A program made the position numbers and the translations under genes. A stretch of 64,000 bases of DNA from positions 20,212,001 to 20,276,000 of the forward strand of contig NC_073388.1 in assembly GCF_028641065.1 (NCBI RefSeq), read 5' to 3'. Shown here piece by piece: positions 12,195 through 24,370 of this stretch (position 1 is its first letter; the number at the start of each line of letters is the position of its first letter). This DNA comes from Leucoraja erinacea. Its lineage: Eukaryota. The notes beneath the pieces are model-generated. The model made no database searches and was not told the DNA's origin. It saw only the letters and a program-made list of their open reading frames with translations.

Positions 12195-12576
12195 CATAGA
12201 AACATAGAAAATAAGTGCAGGAGTAGGCCATTCAGCCCTTCGAGCCTGCACCGCCATTCAATATGATCATGGCTGATCATCCAACAGTATCCTGTACCTG
12301 CCTTCTCTCCATACCCCATGATCCCTTTAGCCACAAGGGCCACATCTAACTCCCTCTTAAATATAGCCAATGAACTGGCCTCAACTACCTTCTGTGGCAG
12401 AGAATTCCACAGATTCACCACTCTCTGTGTGAAAAATGTTTTCCTCATCTTGGTCCTAAAAGATTTCCCCCTTATCCTTAAACTGTGACCCCTTGTTCTG
12501 GACTTCCCCAACATTGGGAACAATCTTCCTGCAGCTTGCCTATCCAACCTATTAAGGATTTTGTAAGTTTCTATAT
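12195..12576 (-). mobile_element. CR1 LINE 3' fragment
   Basis: TRGHSLRI...FFTQRVVNLWNSLP and (CATAGAAA)n tail. Confidence 0.9.
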
Positions 12577-12755
12577 GATAAACGAGAGAGAAGGAAAAGA
12601 AAAGAAAGAAGAAAGAAAATAACGGACCCCTGAGTTGACAATTAGTTTAGAGTGGATGATGGTTTTGAGTACTGAGCTGTGGTCGCTGAGTCTGTTGTGT
12701 ATGTTCTTGTTGTACAAGTGATCCAGTTCTGAGTGGAGGGCCAGTGACATCACAT

Positions 12756-13010
12756 GTCTAACTTCAGATAGCCCTTGCTTTCCCTCTCTATTCCCCCTCA
12801 CCCTTCCCAGTTCTCCCACTAGTCTTACTGTCTCCGACTACATTCTATCTTTGGTCCCCACCCCCCTCCCCTGACAATAGTCTGAAGAAGGGCCTCGAGC
12901 CGTAATGTCACCCATTCCTTCTCTCCAGAGATGCTGCCTGTCCTGCTGAGTTACTCAAGCATTTTGTGTCTACCTTCGATTTAAACCAGCATCTGCAGTT
13001 CTTTCCTACA
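12756..13010 (+). mobile_element. Penelope 3' end (ORF end, pyrimidine tract, decayed hammerhead tail) inserted in an old Rex1-like RT fragment
   Basis: Starts TCTAACTTCAGATAG, like the Penelope ORF end at 51722-51736; TSD CATCACAT (12748-12755, 13011-13018). Confidence 0.8.
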
Positions 13011-13484
13011 CATCACATCCCTTGTTGATTTGTTGTGACGGTAGGTAAGCTGAATTGGCTCCTGGTCTTTGCTAACGCAGAAGTTGATGCGTCTCATGTC
13101 TTCTTGGGCACTGATATTATGGATGTCATTTCAACGACTAGTAACAAGAAACTGCTGATGCCAGTTCACCAAAGAAAGACACAAAATGCTGGAGTAACTC
13201 AGTGGGTCAGGAGGCATCTCTGGAGAACATGGGTGGGTGGCATTTCAGGTTTGGATCCTTCGGAAGGATTCCTTGTTACTACATTTTGACTGCTGCCACT
13301 GCAAAATCAGTCTGAGGAACCTGAGGATAGCCATGGACAGGATTAATAACCATGCAAATTGAATACCTTGGCAGTAATAAGCACATGGACATCTTGACAT
13401 TTCTGTTGCATAATTCATGTGGAATATTTTAATAATCATAGCTAATGTTTTGAAATGCATAATTATGGCTTTGTTCTTCTTTAG

Positions 13485-13568
13485 GATGGTGATCTTCAAA
13501 TCAAAAGGTCCCCCTCATCACCCCAAGGTGGTCCTAAAAAAAGATCTGCATTTGAAGACCTCACAAAT
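13485..13568 (+). CDS. CCNB3: Cyclin B3 coding exon 2, destruction box (KRSPSSPQGGPKKRSAFEDLTN)
   Basis: TTAG acceptor, AAT|GTATGT donor; matches the cyclin B3 N-terminal SPSSPQGGPKKRSAF motif with the RxxF-type D-box. Confidence 0.95.
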
Positions 13569-13702
13569 GTATGTTTGCAACCATGTTCTTCTGTTACAAA
13601 ATAAATGAGTGGCATCCTTTCTTTAACACAAAAAAAAGCTTCTAGAAATTTGAAAAACTGAAAGTTGTTTAAACCTGATCTTTTTCTTTGCACCCCTCAT
13701 AG

Positions 13703-13824
13703 GCTAAGCAAAGCCAAGCACAAATCCTGATTACAAAGAGAAAAGGTGGGAAGGTGGTGAGTAAGAAAACTCAAAAGGGTTGCAGTGGACAAGAAGCACT
13801 GCAAAACATTGAGAATCAAAGAAG
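13703..13824 (+). CDS. CCNB3: Cyclin B3 coding exon 3
   Basis: CATAG acceptor, open frame AKQSQAQILITKRKGGK..., donor AAG|GTGAGT, phase 2. Confidence 0.85.
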
Positions 13825-13964
13825 GTGAGTATCCTTCTCCTGTGTATTTGTGTTCATGTGTGTCTGCTTGCAATTGCACTGTATATCATGATGAAAGCTC
13901 TTTAAAAATTCTCAATGATTTGTTTTATAACTGTAGTTGGTTGCTGCAATAACGGGAATATTTT

Positions 13965-14440
13965 TATTTATTTTAGTTTTGTTATTGTCATGTGTACTGA
14001 GGTGCAGTGAAAAGCTTTTTTGTGTGCTATCCAGTCAGCTAAAGGACTGTACATGATTACAATCAAGCGGTCCACGGTGTAGACACGGTATATAACATTT
14101 AGGTAAAGTCCGATTAAAGACAGTTTGAAGGTCTCCAGTTGGGTAGATGGTAGGTCCAGACTGCTCTCTAGTTGGTGAAAGGATGGTTTGGTGGCCTGAT
14201 AACGGGTAGGAAGAAATTGTCCCTGAATCTGGAGGTATGCGTTTTCAAACTTCTGTACCTCTTGCCAGAGGGGAGAAGAAACGGTGTTACTAGTCCTTGA
14301 TTATGCTGGACCTTGCCAATGCAGCATGAAGGGTAGATGGACTCAATGGAAGGGTGGTTGGTTTGCGTGATGGACTGGGCTGCATCCACAAGTCTCAGCA
14401 ATTTCTTGCGGTCTTGGATGGAGCTGTGGTTATGTTTCCT
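13965..14440 (-). mobile_element. Rex/L2-type LINE 3' fragment
   Basis: LLPSGKRYRSLKTHTSRFRDNFF; related copies at ~43690-44215 (-), 57415-57830 (+), 9850-9965 (+). Confidence 0.8.
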
Positions 14441-15504
14441 CCAAGTGGTTTGACTGGGGGAATTATTTTCCCATTTTGCAGTATGTTGTTTTAATGTTGG
14501 CATGCTTCACCACAGTTGTTTGGGATCTTGCTGTCTCAACCTGAATGCTTCAATTGCACAGTGATGCACTCTAATGTGTAAGAAGGAACTGCAGATGCTG
14601 GTTTAAACTGAAGATGGACACAAAAAGCTGGAGACGGGCAGCATCTCTGGAGAGAATGAATTGGTGACGTTTCGGGTCGAGAACCTCCTTAAGCGCTCTA
14701 ATGTGTTCAAATCAATAGGCTTCTGATCTAAAAGTGTTATTTCACAGAGTATATCTTTGTTATTTCTCTAGGTTTAAGTAAATGTGTAAGTATTTTGCTG
14801 CCTCTGCAGTTTTGCCTTAATGTTCCTAGGTTCTTTGAAAACTGCACTAAAAATGAATTGAGTAACTGAACTGAGGCAGTTCTTGCAAACACACATAACT
14901 CTCCAAATTTGGTAAGCATCCATTTTGATAGTTCATTGTGCCCCAACATACCTATAACCCATCTGGGGCAGAGGTGACCTGTACAAGAGGGGTGGGTTGC
15001 ATTTAACTGGAGTGGAACCAATATCCTGGTGGGCAAGTTTGCTAGTGCTGCTCGGAAAGGTTTCAACTAGAATGGAAGGTGGACGGGATCCAATGCAGTA
15101 GCAAGGCAGGTGGAGGCTACATGGGTGGAGCTGACAAATATCTCCATCTATTCCCCACATAGTTTCATACATATCTATAAGATTATCCTACTGCCTCCTG
15201 CCCTCCAAGGAATGTTGTTATAGCCTGCTCAACCTCACTCTCTAGCCCAGGACCTTGAGACCAGGCAACATTCTGGTAAATCTTCTTTGCACCTATTCCA
15301 GCTTAATAGCATCTTTCACATAGCAAGATGACCAAAACTGAACACAATACCCCCGGCCAATGTCTTGTACAGCTGTAACATAACATTCCAGCTTCTGTAC
15401 TAATTTCTCGGACTGATGGAGGGCAATGTGCCAAAAGCCTTTTTCACCACCTGTGATGCCACTTTCTGGGAACTATATACTCCTAGATTCTGATCCTGAG
15501 AATA

Positions 15505-15950
15505 CAGGGTGACTTGGACAGGTTGGGGGAGTGGGCACAGGTTTACAAGGTTACAAGGAGCAGCTGGGCTTGTACACTCTGGAGTTTAGAAGGATGAGAG
15601 GGATTCTCATTGAAACATATAAGATTGAAGGGTTTGGACACGCTAGAGGCAGGAAACGTGTCCCGATGTTGGAGTCCAGATCCAAGGGCCACAGTTTAGA
15701 ATGCTGACATTTAGAACGGAGACGAGGAAACACTTTTTCTCACAGAGAGTGGTGAGTCTGTGCAATTCTCTGCCTCAGAGGGCGGTGGAGGCAGGTTCTC
15801 TGGATGCTTTCAAGAGAGCTAGATGGGGCTCTTAAAAATAACGGAGTCAGGGGATATGGGGAGAAGGCAGGAACGGGGTACTAATTGGGGATGATCAGCC
15901 ATGATCACATTGAATGGCGGTGCTGGCTCGAAGGGCCGAAAGGCCTACTC
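15505..15950 (+). mobile_element. CR1 LINE 3' fragment
   Basis: Same ORF2 C-terminus and 3' UTR (GATCAGCCATGATC...GGCTCGAAGGGCCGAA). Confidence 0.88.
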
Positions 15951-16412
15951 AAGATACAAGATAGATTTATTCTTCACATGTGCCAGATGGCACAGTGAAA
16001 TGAAATTCCCATACAGCCATACAATAAAAATAAGGGACACAACACACTATAGGGTTTGACATAAAACATCCCCACACAGCAGAATCAAAGTTTCCCACTG
16101 TGTGGGAAGTCACCAAAGTCCTGCACCTATTGTCTATTCTCTTCCACAATACTCACCAGGGAAACGTTGGACAGGCTAGAACTTTATTCCATTCATTGTC
16201 AGACCTTATAAGGAAATATCAGCAATTCTATCTTGGAACCATGAGCATTTCTCTAGGTAATTACCTCTCAGATTCAGATTCCTGTGAAAATGTAAAACTT
16301 GAGAACTTGCTGCTCTGATATTGGATTCTTCCAATGGCAGTGTCAATCAGTCCATTGAACCTGTCCCAAATGGACTTCATACAGGTTCTGCAAGGAAAGT
16401 GAGTGTTTTCTT

Positions 16413-16670
16413 GTTTAGTTTAGTTTAGCGATAGAGTGCGGAAACCAACAAGCGTTGGTTGCCTGCACACTAACGGCATCCTACACACACTAGCGGTGAT
16501 TTACATTTTGCCGATTTGCCTACATCTTTGGAGTGTGGGAGACCAAAGATCTCTGAGAAAATCCACGCAGGTCACAGGGAGAACATACAAACAGCACCTG
16601 TAGTCAGGATTGAACCCGGGTCTCTGGCGCTGTAAGTACGTAACTCTACTGCTACGCCACCGTGCCACCC
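16413..16670 (-). mobile_element. tRNA-derived SINE
   Basis: Same family as 32975-33258. Confidence 0.85.
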
Positions 16671-17404
16671 TTATTTCATGGATTTTAGTTAAATATTTGG
16701 GTCCCTGGTGATTGTAAATGTTTTGGATTTTAAATTAAGCTCCTGACATTAGATTCCATTCCAAGTTTGACAAGCTGCTCTGGAGGTGAGGTGGGTGGTG
16801 TGGGGAATTTTGCCCAGTTCCTTATGATGAGATCTTGCTGCCACTCAGGGCCTCTTGCTCTCAATCCAACCCCCCTCCTTAGGCTGACAACAGATTGCTG
16901 GAAGGCAAGTTCCTACGTGCCACTTTTGTTAGCAAGTGAGTCTGGATTGGTTGCTGCTGACATCAAGTTTGGGTCCATTGCTAAATCGCCTCCTATAATT
17001 TGTCTCTAAACAATAATTGAGATACAATAATTACAAATTACCTTTTGTTAAATACATATCCCAATAAAATTGGATTACTCTATCTTTTTTTCTCTCAATC
17101 TGAATGTACAATGTATTGAGAATGTATACTGTACTCTACCCATTGCATAAAAATATCCACTATAATTCTATTCGCCTTTATTTGCAAATGCTAATACACT
17201 TTGTGTCCGAGGATTGCTTTCTAAAATTGTTATTATTTTGTTGAGTAACTCCTAAACTTTGGCTCTCCTGGGTTTTATTCTGACCTCTGTGGAGTTTTCA
17301 CCTTCTCCCTATGACCACATGAAACCACATGGGTTTACTCTGGGTGCTTTAGTTTAGTTTAGAGATACAGTGAGGAAACGGTCTTTGCAGCAACCAACTA
17401 CAGT

Positions 17405-17733
17405 TATAAAATGTTCCCAATGTTGGGCGAGTCCAGAATCAGGTGCCACAGTCTTAGAATAAAGGGGAGGTAATTTAAGGTGAGGTGAGAAACTTTTTCA
17501 CCCAGAGAGTTGTGAATTTATGGAATTCCCTGCCACAGAGGGCAGTGGAGGCCAAATCACTGGATGGATTTAAGAGAGTTACATAGAGCTCTAGGGGCCA
17601 GTGGAGTCAAGGGATATGGGGAGAAGGCAGGCACGGGTTATTGATAGGGGACGATCAGCCATGATCACAATGAATGGCGGTGCTGGCTCGTGGGGGCGAA
17701 TGGCCTCCTCCTGCACCTATTTTCTATGTTTCT
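17405..17733 (+). mobile_element. CR1 LINE 3' fragment
   Basis: Near-identical to 55525-55856; TTTCTATG tail. Confidence 0.9.
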
Positions 17734-17846
17734 GGCACTAATGTTGTTGTGAGGAATCTTCCTTGTCAGATGTCACAGGCTCTATAATTAATGGCAAAGC
17801 CATGATGATGCTAAATACATCTTCCATTTCCCCTTTCTCCTTTTAG

Positions 17847-17961
17847 CACAGGGACCAAAGCTCCTCAGGAGCGTCTTCAAAACGCAATAGAGAAATCGCC
17901 CAAGACACCAGAAGTACCTGAGGAAAAATCGGATGCTGTTGCTAAATCAGCAGAAGTACAG
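17847..17961 (+). CDS. CCNB3: Cyclin B3 coding exon 4
   Basis: Pyrimidine tract and TTTTAG, phase-2 entry gives an open frame TGTKAPQERLQNAIEKSPKTPEVPEEK..., donor CAG|GTAATC, phase 0. Confidence 0.85.
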
Positions 17962-19169
17962 GTAATCATGATGCGCGATTTTCTAGAGAATCTGTCAGCA
18001 GAAGCCACTGCCACATTACAAATTATTGGCTCCAATAAATTTAAGTGAAGTGATGGGCCATGTGGAATTCACTCACCAACAATTCTGCACCAGAAACATC
18101 TCAAACAGGCTCGGTAAAAAGGACAGTGCTGGAGTAACTCAGCGAGTCGGGCAGCATCTCTGGAGGACAATGGACCAGGTGACGTTTAGAGTCGGCACCC
18201 TTCTTCAGCCTGAATAGTAAAAGAGCAATGTTTGTGATGTGTGGCACATGTTCTACACATTAAATTTTTTTTCAAACTGTCATTGTGTGCTTTTGTTCAA
18301 CATTAGATTACTTTTAAGTATGCTCTTCAGGCCCCAGAACAAAGTAAGTTGCGTTGTTGATAAAGAGTAAAAAAAAAAAAACCCCCAATGATTTAATCCT
18401 GAAGTTATTGATTTGGCCTGAACGCTATGAATAAATTCTGTATCTTACACACCATTGCTGGGTAGCATTTAAGCTTCTGGCATTCCCTCATTTGGGAGTT
18501 AACTGAATTAATTTTAAACATTTTTATTAATGATATCTAGATATCATTGAAGCATAGGTCCAGTTTCTTACCTTGGAAATTCTCGTAATCAAACTGAAGA
18601 ACCAAATACCTTTTAATGCCAAAGATCAACAATATTGAGACATTTTAAAAACTCTTTAGGATGTTCTCTCATTCTGCAATTCTGACTGGCCACTAGCTTA
18701 CTGAGCTTTCACATCTGCTAACAATTCCTTATGAATTTTTAGGATCAACGTCTTTTGTTCTCGGAAAGTAGTAGCACAAGTAGATAAATAAGCCACATAG
18801 TATATTTGCCTTCATCATTTGGGGCATTGAGTATAAAAGTTAGGAACTCACGATGCAACTTTATAAAATATGAGATTTATTAAAATAAAAACACAAGCAG
18901 TCAGCTGAAATGTTAGAACAAAGCATTGTCACAATAGGGTTACTCTTTATTGTAATCTAACATGATAGCCCATGTCTGAAGTTTATTGGAGTTGACAAAC
19001 ACATTCAGTACCCATTGAGTTAGCAGACAGTTCATAATAATTTGTAACATAACCAATGCCTGGGTTTAATGGATATTGTTACTTTTGATGGTTAATTTTG
19101 GGGAACAACTAGTGTTATGTTCTTGCCGAGTTCATGAGTGCTATCTGCTAATCTGGATTTATTTTGCAG

Positions 19170-19268
19170 CCTACTCCCTATGAAGACGTTGATGAGGAGA
19201 ACCTGAATGATCCATTCCTAAATTCAATCTATGCAAAAGATATATTTGATTACATGAAAGAGCGGGAG
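19170..19268 (+). CDS. CCNB3: Cyclin B3 coding exon 5 (EDVDEENLNDPFLNSIYAKDIFDYMKERE)
   Basis: TTGCAG acceptor, GAG|GTAGGT donor; pre-cyclin-box helix typical of A/B cyclins. Confidence 0.96.
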
Positions 19269-20732
19269 GTAGGTTGTCTGCTAATATTTAGAACTTGCTG
19301 TTCCAAAAACTATTATTTTAGATTTTGTAGCAAGAATGTTAGGTTCCTGATTATACATGTAATGTTTATTTTATTGTCACGTGTACCGACGTACAGGGAA
19401 AAAAATTTGTTGCTTGCTTACCAATCATCTGAAAGACAAAACATGATTATAATCGAGCCATCCATAGTGTACAATTACATGATAAAGCTCGGTGCTCTTA
19501 TTTTATCATTGAACAATAATTTTGATTTTGGAAATATGACAAAAGCACCCACAAATAGCCTCTACTCAAAAGCCCCTCAAGGGTTTAGCTACTTTTTGTT
19601 TTAACATTTGGATTTTTTTTTTAAATAAACACAATCCTGGTAAATAACTGGATTACAATATGGCTGCTGGTACTGTAGATTATGAGAGCAATCTAATCTC
19701 CTGCTTGTGACTTGCTGCGAACATGGAACATTTGTCGTACTAGATTAAATATAAGAAGTTAAACTGATGGTTGCTGGTTTAAAAAAAATATGCTGTCAAC
19801 TTATTTTTGGGATGAATAAATGGATTTGTTTGAGTTTGTGACCACAACATGGTTTGTTTGTTAGATGGTGCAAATGCTCCTATGCATGGCACTTCTGCAA
19901 TCCAAGCTGGTACTGTGAAGTGCTAGCCAGGATTGAGGTTTGCTGGGGTGAAAGAAATAATACATTCTGTTATCATCTATCAGTCAGGCAGTAGGAAATG
20001 ACCATAAGGGAAGCGGGAATATGTTTTTCTTTTTGGATCCTTATCTGAGTTTATGTCAAAGTCTAGATTAGTTGGCAAAGTGGGCCAAGGTATGGCAATT
20101 GGATTTTAACTGACAAGTGTGAGGTGTTGCCCTGTGTCATGTCAAACCCACAGGGCAAGACTTGCACAGTCAGAGCTCTGGAGAGTGACGCACCACAGAG
20201 AACTGAGAGTACAGGTGAGTGGTTCCCTGAATGTGGCTGTTCAGATGGGTATTGTGGTGAAGAAGGCATTTGGCACAAAAAGCCAAAATGCTGGAATAAC
20301 TCAGCTGGTCAGGCAGCATCTCTGGTGTACATGAAGAGGTGGCGTTTTGGGTTGGGACTCTTCAGTCTGCCACACTTGCTTCATTGAGAAGAATATTGGG
20401 TATAAAAGTTGAGGCATCGTTATGCTGCTGTGCAAGTTGTTGGTGAGACCACACTTGCAGTTCCGATCGCTCAGCTATAGGATGAATGGATGCAAAGGAC
20501 ATTAACCAGGATGCAACGTGGGCTTCAGTTGGGGGGAGAGGTTGAATAGGCAGGAGCTTTTTTTTTTATAGTGTAGTAGGCCGAGGGGTGATCTTATTGA
20601 AGTGTGCAAGAAATTTATGGACTGGTGCTAGGTTCACTTTTATTTACATCTTGTAAGAATTTGGTTGTGTGTGTTTAAAATGAATCATTGCTGTGATCCA
20701 TTTCATGACAATACGATTTTTGTGCCTGGCAG

Positions 20733-20825
20733 ATGAAATTTGTGCTGAAAGGCTACATGGAAAAGCAGCTTGACCTGAATATTGAGATGAGAGCCATTTT
20801 GGTGGACTGGATGGTTGAAGTACAG
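20733..20825 (+). CDS. CCNB3: Cyclin B3 coding exon 6 (MRAILVDWMVEVQ cyclin box)
   Basis: MRAIL motif; GGCAG acceptor, CAG|GTTGGT donor. Confidence 0.97.
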
Positions 20826-21804
20826 GTTGGTATAGCACACTTTTGGACTAAGATTCCAGTGCCAAGCTGATGAGATGCTGCTGTCTTTCAAATAAAGTGG
20901 AGGCTCCAATTGTGCTCTCGGGTATTTTTAAAACATCCAATGATAACTCCTCCTCACAGTGTTCTCCAGTGTCCTGTCCAATATTTATCTCTCAATCCAC
21001 ACATGGACTGCCAAGAAAAACACATCAGACCACAGCAGTTGTGGGCTCTTTTATATACATTTGACTGTAATTAGGTCACATTACTGATAAATGCAGCTTT
21101 AAAGTACTTGGGACATCTGGGAATCATGAAAGATGCCACTGCAAAACAAATCTCTATTCATTCACAAATTTGTATTGTGTAATCGGAGAGGTACAGGACC
21201 TCCCACGGTTATGAATGTCTGGTTTGTGTACAGCTCATAGATACGAGTACACATTTTGATGCCCGGTGGGATGGATTTGCCGGCTGTTGGGGTTGCAGCC
21301 ATAGTCTGCTGTACGTGACTTGGTTCATGGCAATATTTGAATGGCTGAGTTAAACATCCTGTTTTTTACCATGTGTAGCCCTTGAACGGGCTACATTATT
21401 ATTTAAATGTATTGCTGGGCAGCTGAATTTATGACTTGCGAACTGTTTGGGTCACGAACAGTTGGGGTGCCCTGCTTATGACATTCAATACACTTTACCC
21501 TGATGCACCATTGCTATTTAGGTAATTTGTTGCCCCTGGGCTGATCCTTGGGCGTCATCCCCGTTTCCGATTTCTTTATATCCAATAACCCTGTCTTCCA
21601 CTGCCTCAACAATCATATAAATTAATAAATCCCCTGACATTTAACTTTAATTTACTAGTATGGAACTTTGTTAAATGCCTTTTTAGTAGTCCAAAGAAGC
21701 AATACCAATTGACATTCTTTGTTAAATTGGTTTTCTTGACATGACCTGTATGTATGTATGTATACACAGATTGGCTCACTCTGATCTCATCCATATATTG
21801 TCAT

Positions 21805-22392
21805 AAACAGTCAAACAATATAAAAACAGACCCTTTAGCCCAACTTGCCCATGCTGACCAACATGCCCCATCAACATTAGTCGCACCTACCTACATTTGG
21901 CCCATATGCCTCTAAATCTATCATATCCATGTACCTGCCTAAATGTATCTTATACGTGTGATAGTAACTACCTCTGGCAGATGGGTCCATTCACCTATCA
22001 CTCTTTGTGATTTAAAAAAATAAAAGTTGGCCCACAGTTCACAGTATAAAAATAAAAGTTGGCCCACTATTACAATCTTTCCCCCTCATCTTAAATCTCT
22101 GCCCTCTGTTTCTCCATTCCCCTACTCTGGGTTAAAGATCCTGTGCATTTACCCAATCTATTCCCCTCATTATCTTGTATGCCTCTGTGAGAGCACCTGT
22201 CATCCACCTGTGCTCCATGCCTAGCCATGTCAGGCCCACAAGTCCTGGCAACATCTTGTAAATCTTTTCAGCACCCTTTCCAGCTGAACAAGATCTTTCC
22301 TGTAACAGGGTGACCAAAACTGAACACAGTACTTTGAATATGGCTTGACTGATTACTTGTACAACTATAGCATGACCTCCCTAGTTCTACAC
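21805..22392 (-). mobile_element. CR1 LINE 3' fragment
   Basis: Reverse complement of the CR1 ORF2 end (YKIMRGID) and 3' UTR. Confidence 0.85.
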
Positions 22393-22680
22393 CTATGGAT
22401 TCCAAGAGGTTTTGAACCATGTTAGACCAACAGACCTCTTTTGCTGGTTTCTCTGACACAAGTACTTGCAATTTTATTTAGATCTGAACAAACAATTCAG
22501 TTGCTGTGGTAACTTGGTATTGTGGTCGGTTCCTTTCTTAAAATAGTACATCTGACGGTCATCTTAAGAGGTTCATTACTATCGCATACCAGGCTATGCT
22601 GTGGCAAACTGTATAATTTTGCATTGTGTTGATTACCTCCCAAAATAATTCATTGATGTGAAGCCCTTCTTTCTGTTTAG

Positions 22681-22818
22681 GAAAATTTTGAGTTGAATCA
22701 TGAGACTCTGTACCTGGCAGTGAAGCTGGTGGATCATTTTTTGGCCAAGGCTGTGTGTATGAGGGAAACATTGCAGCTGCTTGGTTCTACAGCAATCCTT
22801 ATTGCTGCGAAGTTCGAC
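22681..22818 (+). CDS. CCNB3: Cyclin B3 coding exon 7 (ENFELNHETLYLAVKLVDHFL...AAKFD)
   Basis: ENFELNHETLYLAVK is diagnostic of cyclin B3; TTTAG acceptor, GAC|GTAAGC donor. Confidence 0.97.
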
Positions 22819-23812
22819 GTAAGCATACTTCATCATTTTCGTACAGATTTTGTTCTTCCTGATCCTTTTCCCTATCCTGCATAGAGCTTGGGAGAAAATG
22901 CTAATTCTTAAGAAACTGGTAGCAGGGCACCACTTCATGATATGGAAATGTGTAACAAATCTAGCTTTTCTGAAGATGTACCAAGCAGCATCGATAATGG
23001 GGATCAGTCAATGTGGTGTATTTGGATTTTCAGTTCACTTTCAAGCTCGTCAAAGACTGTGTATTGGTGTGGTTTCAGAATTGGTTAACTGAAAGAAAAC
23101 TAGGAATAGCTAATTTTGTTTGGATTGGGAGACTGTGACTGCATAGTGTAGGGACCAATGCTCAGGGTGCCACTGTTCACAACTTGGGATAGAGTATATG
23201 CAAAAATATTGTTCACCAGGTGATTCCCAGGATGGGGGTGGAAGTGTTGTCCATTGAAGAGTGATGAAGCATTCTTGGCCCATACTCTAGAGTTTGCAGT
23301 ACAAATGTAACACTGGCAATTGCAGATACTGGAATCTTGAACCAGAATAAGGTGCTGGAGCAACTCTGCAGGGTCAGGCAGCATTTGTAGAGGGAATGGA
23401 CGATGAGCAGTTGGCATGAGGCTTTCCTTGATTAAAGCTATTATTTTCTAAGATGACAATAGTCAAATAATAATACAATTTTAATTTATTTAGATTTTCA
23501 AAAGGCCTTTGACTGAGAACACAATGATAGATATGCTTGGACTCTTAGGAGATTGGGGAGTGGCTAAACCAAAGTAGCTGAATGGCATTTTAGGAAAAAA
23601 ATCAATACATTTAGTTGAGGATTCATGGAAACACATTTACCTAAATAGTGGTAGGAAATTATCACCACAGGGAGAGATTGAAGTAAATAAGGTAGGTGTG
23701 TTAAGGGGAGCCTGGACAAGCTCAAGGAATGAGGGATTTGGGGGGGGGGGGGGGGTTACGCTGATAGATTAGGATGAAGACTGAAGGAGGCTTGGTGAAA
23801 CATTAGCTACTG

Positions 23813-24145
23813 CCTTCCCTCTCTCTCCATCCCCCTCCCCCCCCTTCCCAATTCTCTGACTAGTCTGACTGTCCTCATTTACACTTTATCTGTTTGCTTT
23901 GTTGTTACCATCCCCTAGCTAACAATGATCTATTCTACATTTCCCTTGGTCTCCATCTCCTTTGATTCATTTTCACGCCTTAACTTTCCTTATCTCTGTA
24001 TCTCCCTGATTGAGTCTGAAGAAGGGTCTCGACCGGAAACATCACCCAGACCATCTATCCAGAGACACTGCCTGCCCCGCTGAGTTACTCCAGTATTTTG
24101 CCTATCTTTGGTTTAAACAAGCATCTGCATTTCCTTCCTACAACG
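23813..24145 (+). mobile_element. Penelope 3' UTR copy with decayed hammerhead in a CCNB3 intron
   Basis: CTGAAGAAGGGTCTCGACCGGAAACATC at 24016-24043; TSD TTAGCTACTG (23803-23812, 24146-24155). Confidence 0.8.
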
Positions 24146-24214
24146 TTAGCTACTGTGAACTGGTTGGCCTGAATGGTCTGTTACTGTGCTCTTTAAATGG
24201 TGTAATTCTTTTAG

Positions 24215-24370
24215 GAGCGGTGCCCTCCCTGCATGGATGACTTTCTATACATTTGTGATGATGCATACCAAAGAGAAGAGCTACTTGCAATGGAAGTGAA
24301 CATTCTCCGAACTCTAAAGTTTGACATCAATGTTCCGGTGGCCTATCGATTCTTGAGGAGATATGCAAAG
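24215..24370 (+). CDS. CCNB3: Cyclin B3 coding exon 8 (ERCPPCMDDFLYICDDAY...RRYAK)
   Basis: Cyclin fold sequence; TTTAG acceptor, AAG|GTTGAT donor. Confidence 0.97.

Noticed and set aside
13751-13762. Alternative donor GTG|GTGAGT inside CCNB3 exon 3
   Set aside because: It would frameshift into exon 4, and there is no evidence of use
16270-16404. Possible extra CCNB3 exon ending AAA|GTGAGT
   Set aside because: The frame compatible with the flanking phase-2 intron contains a stop and there is no good acceptor
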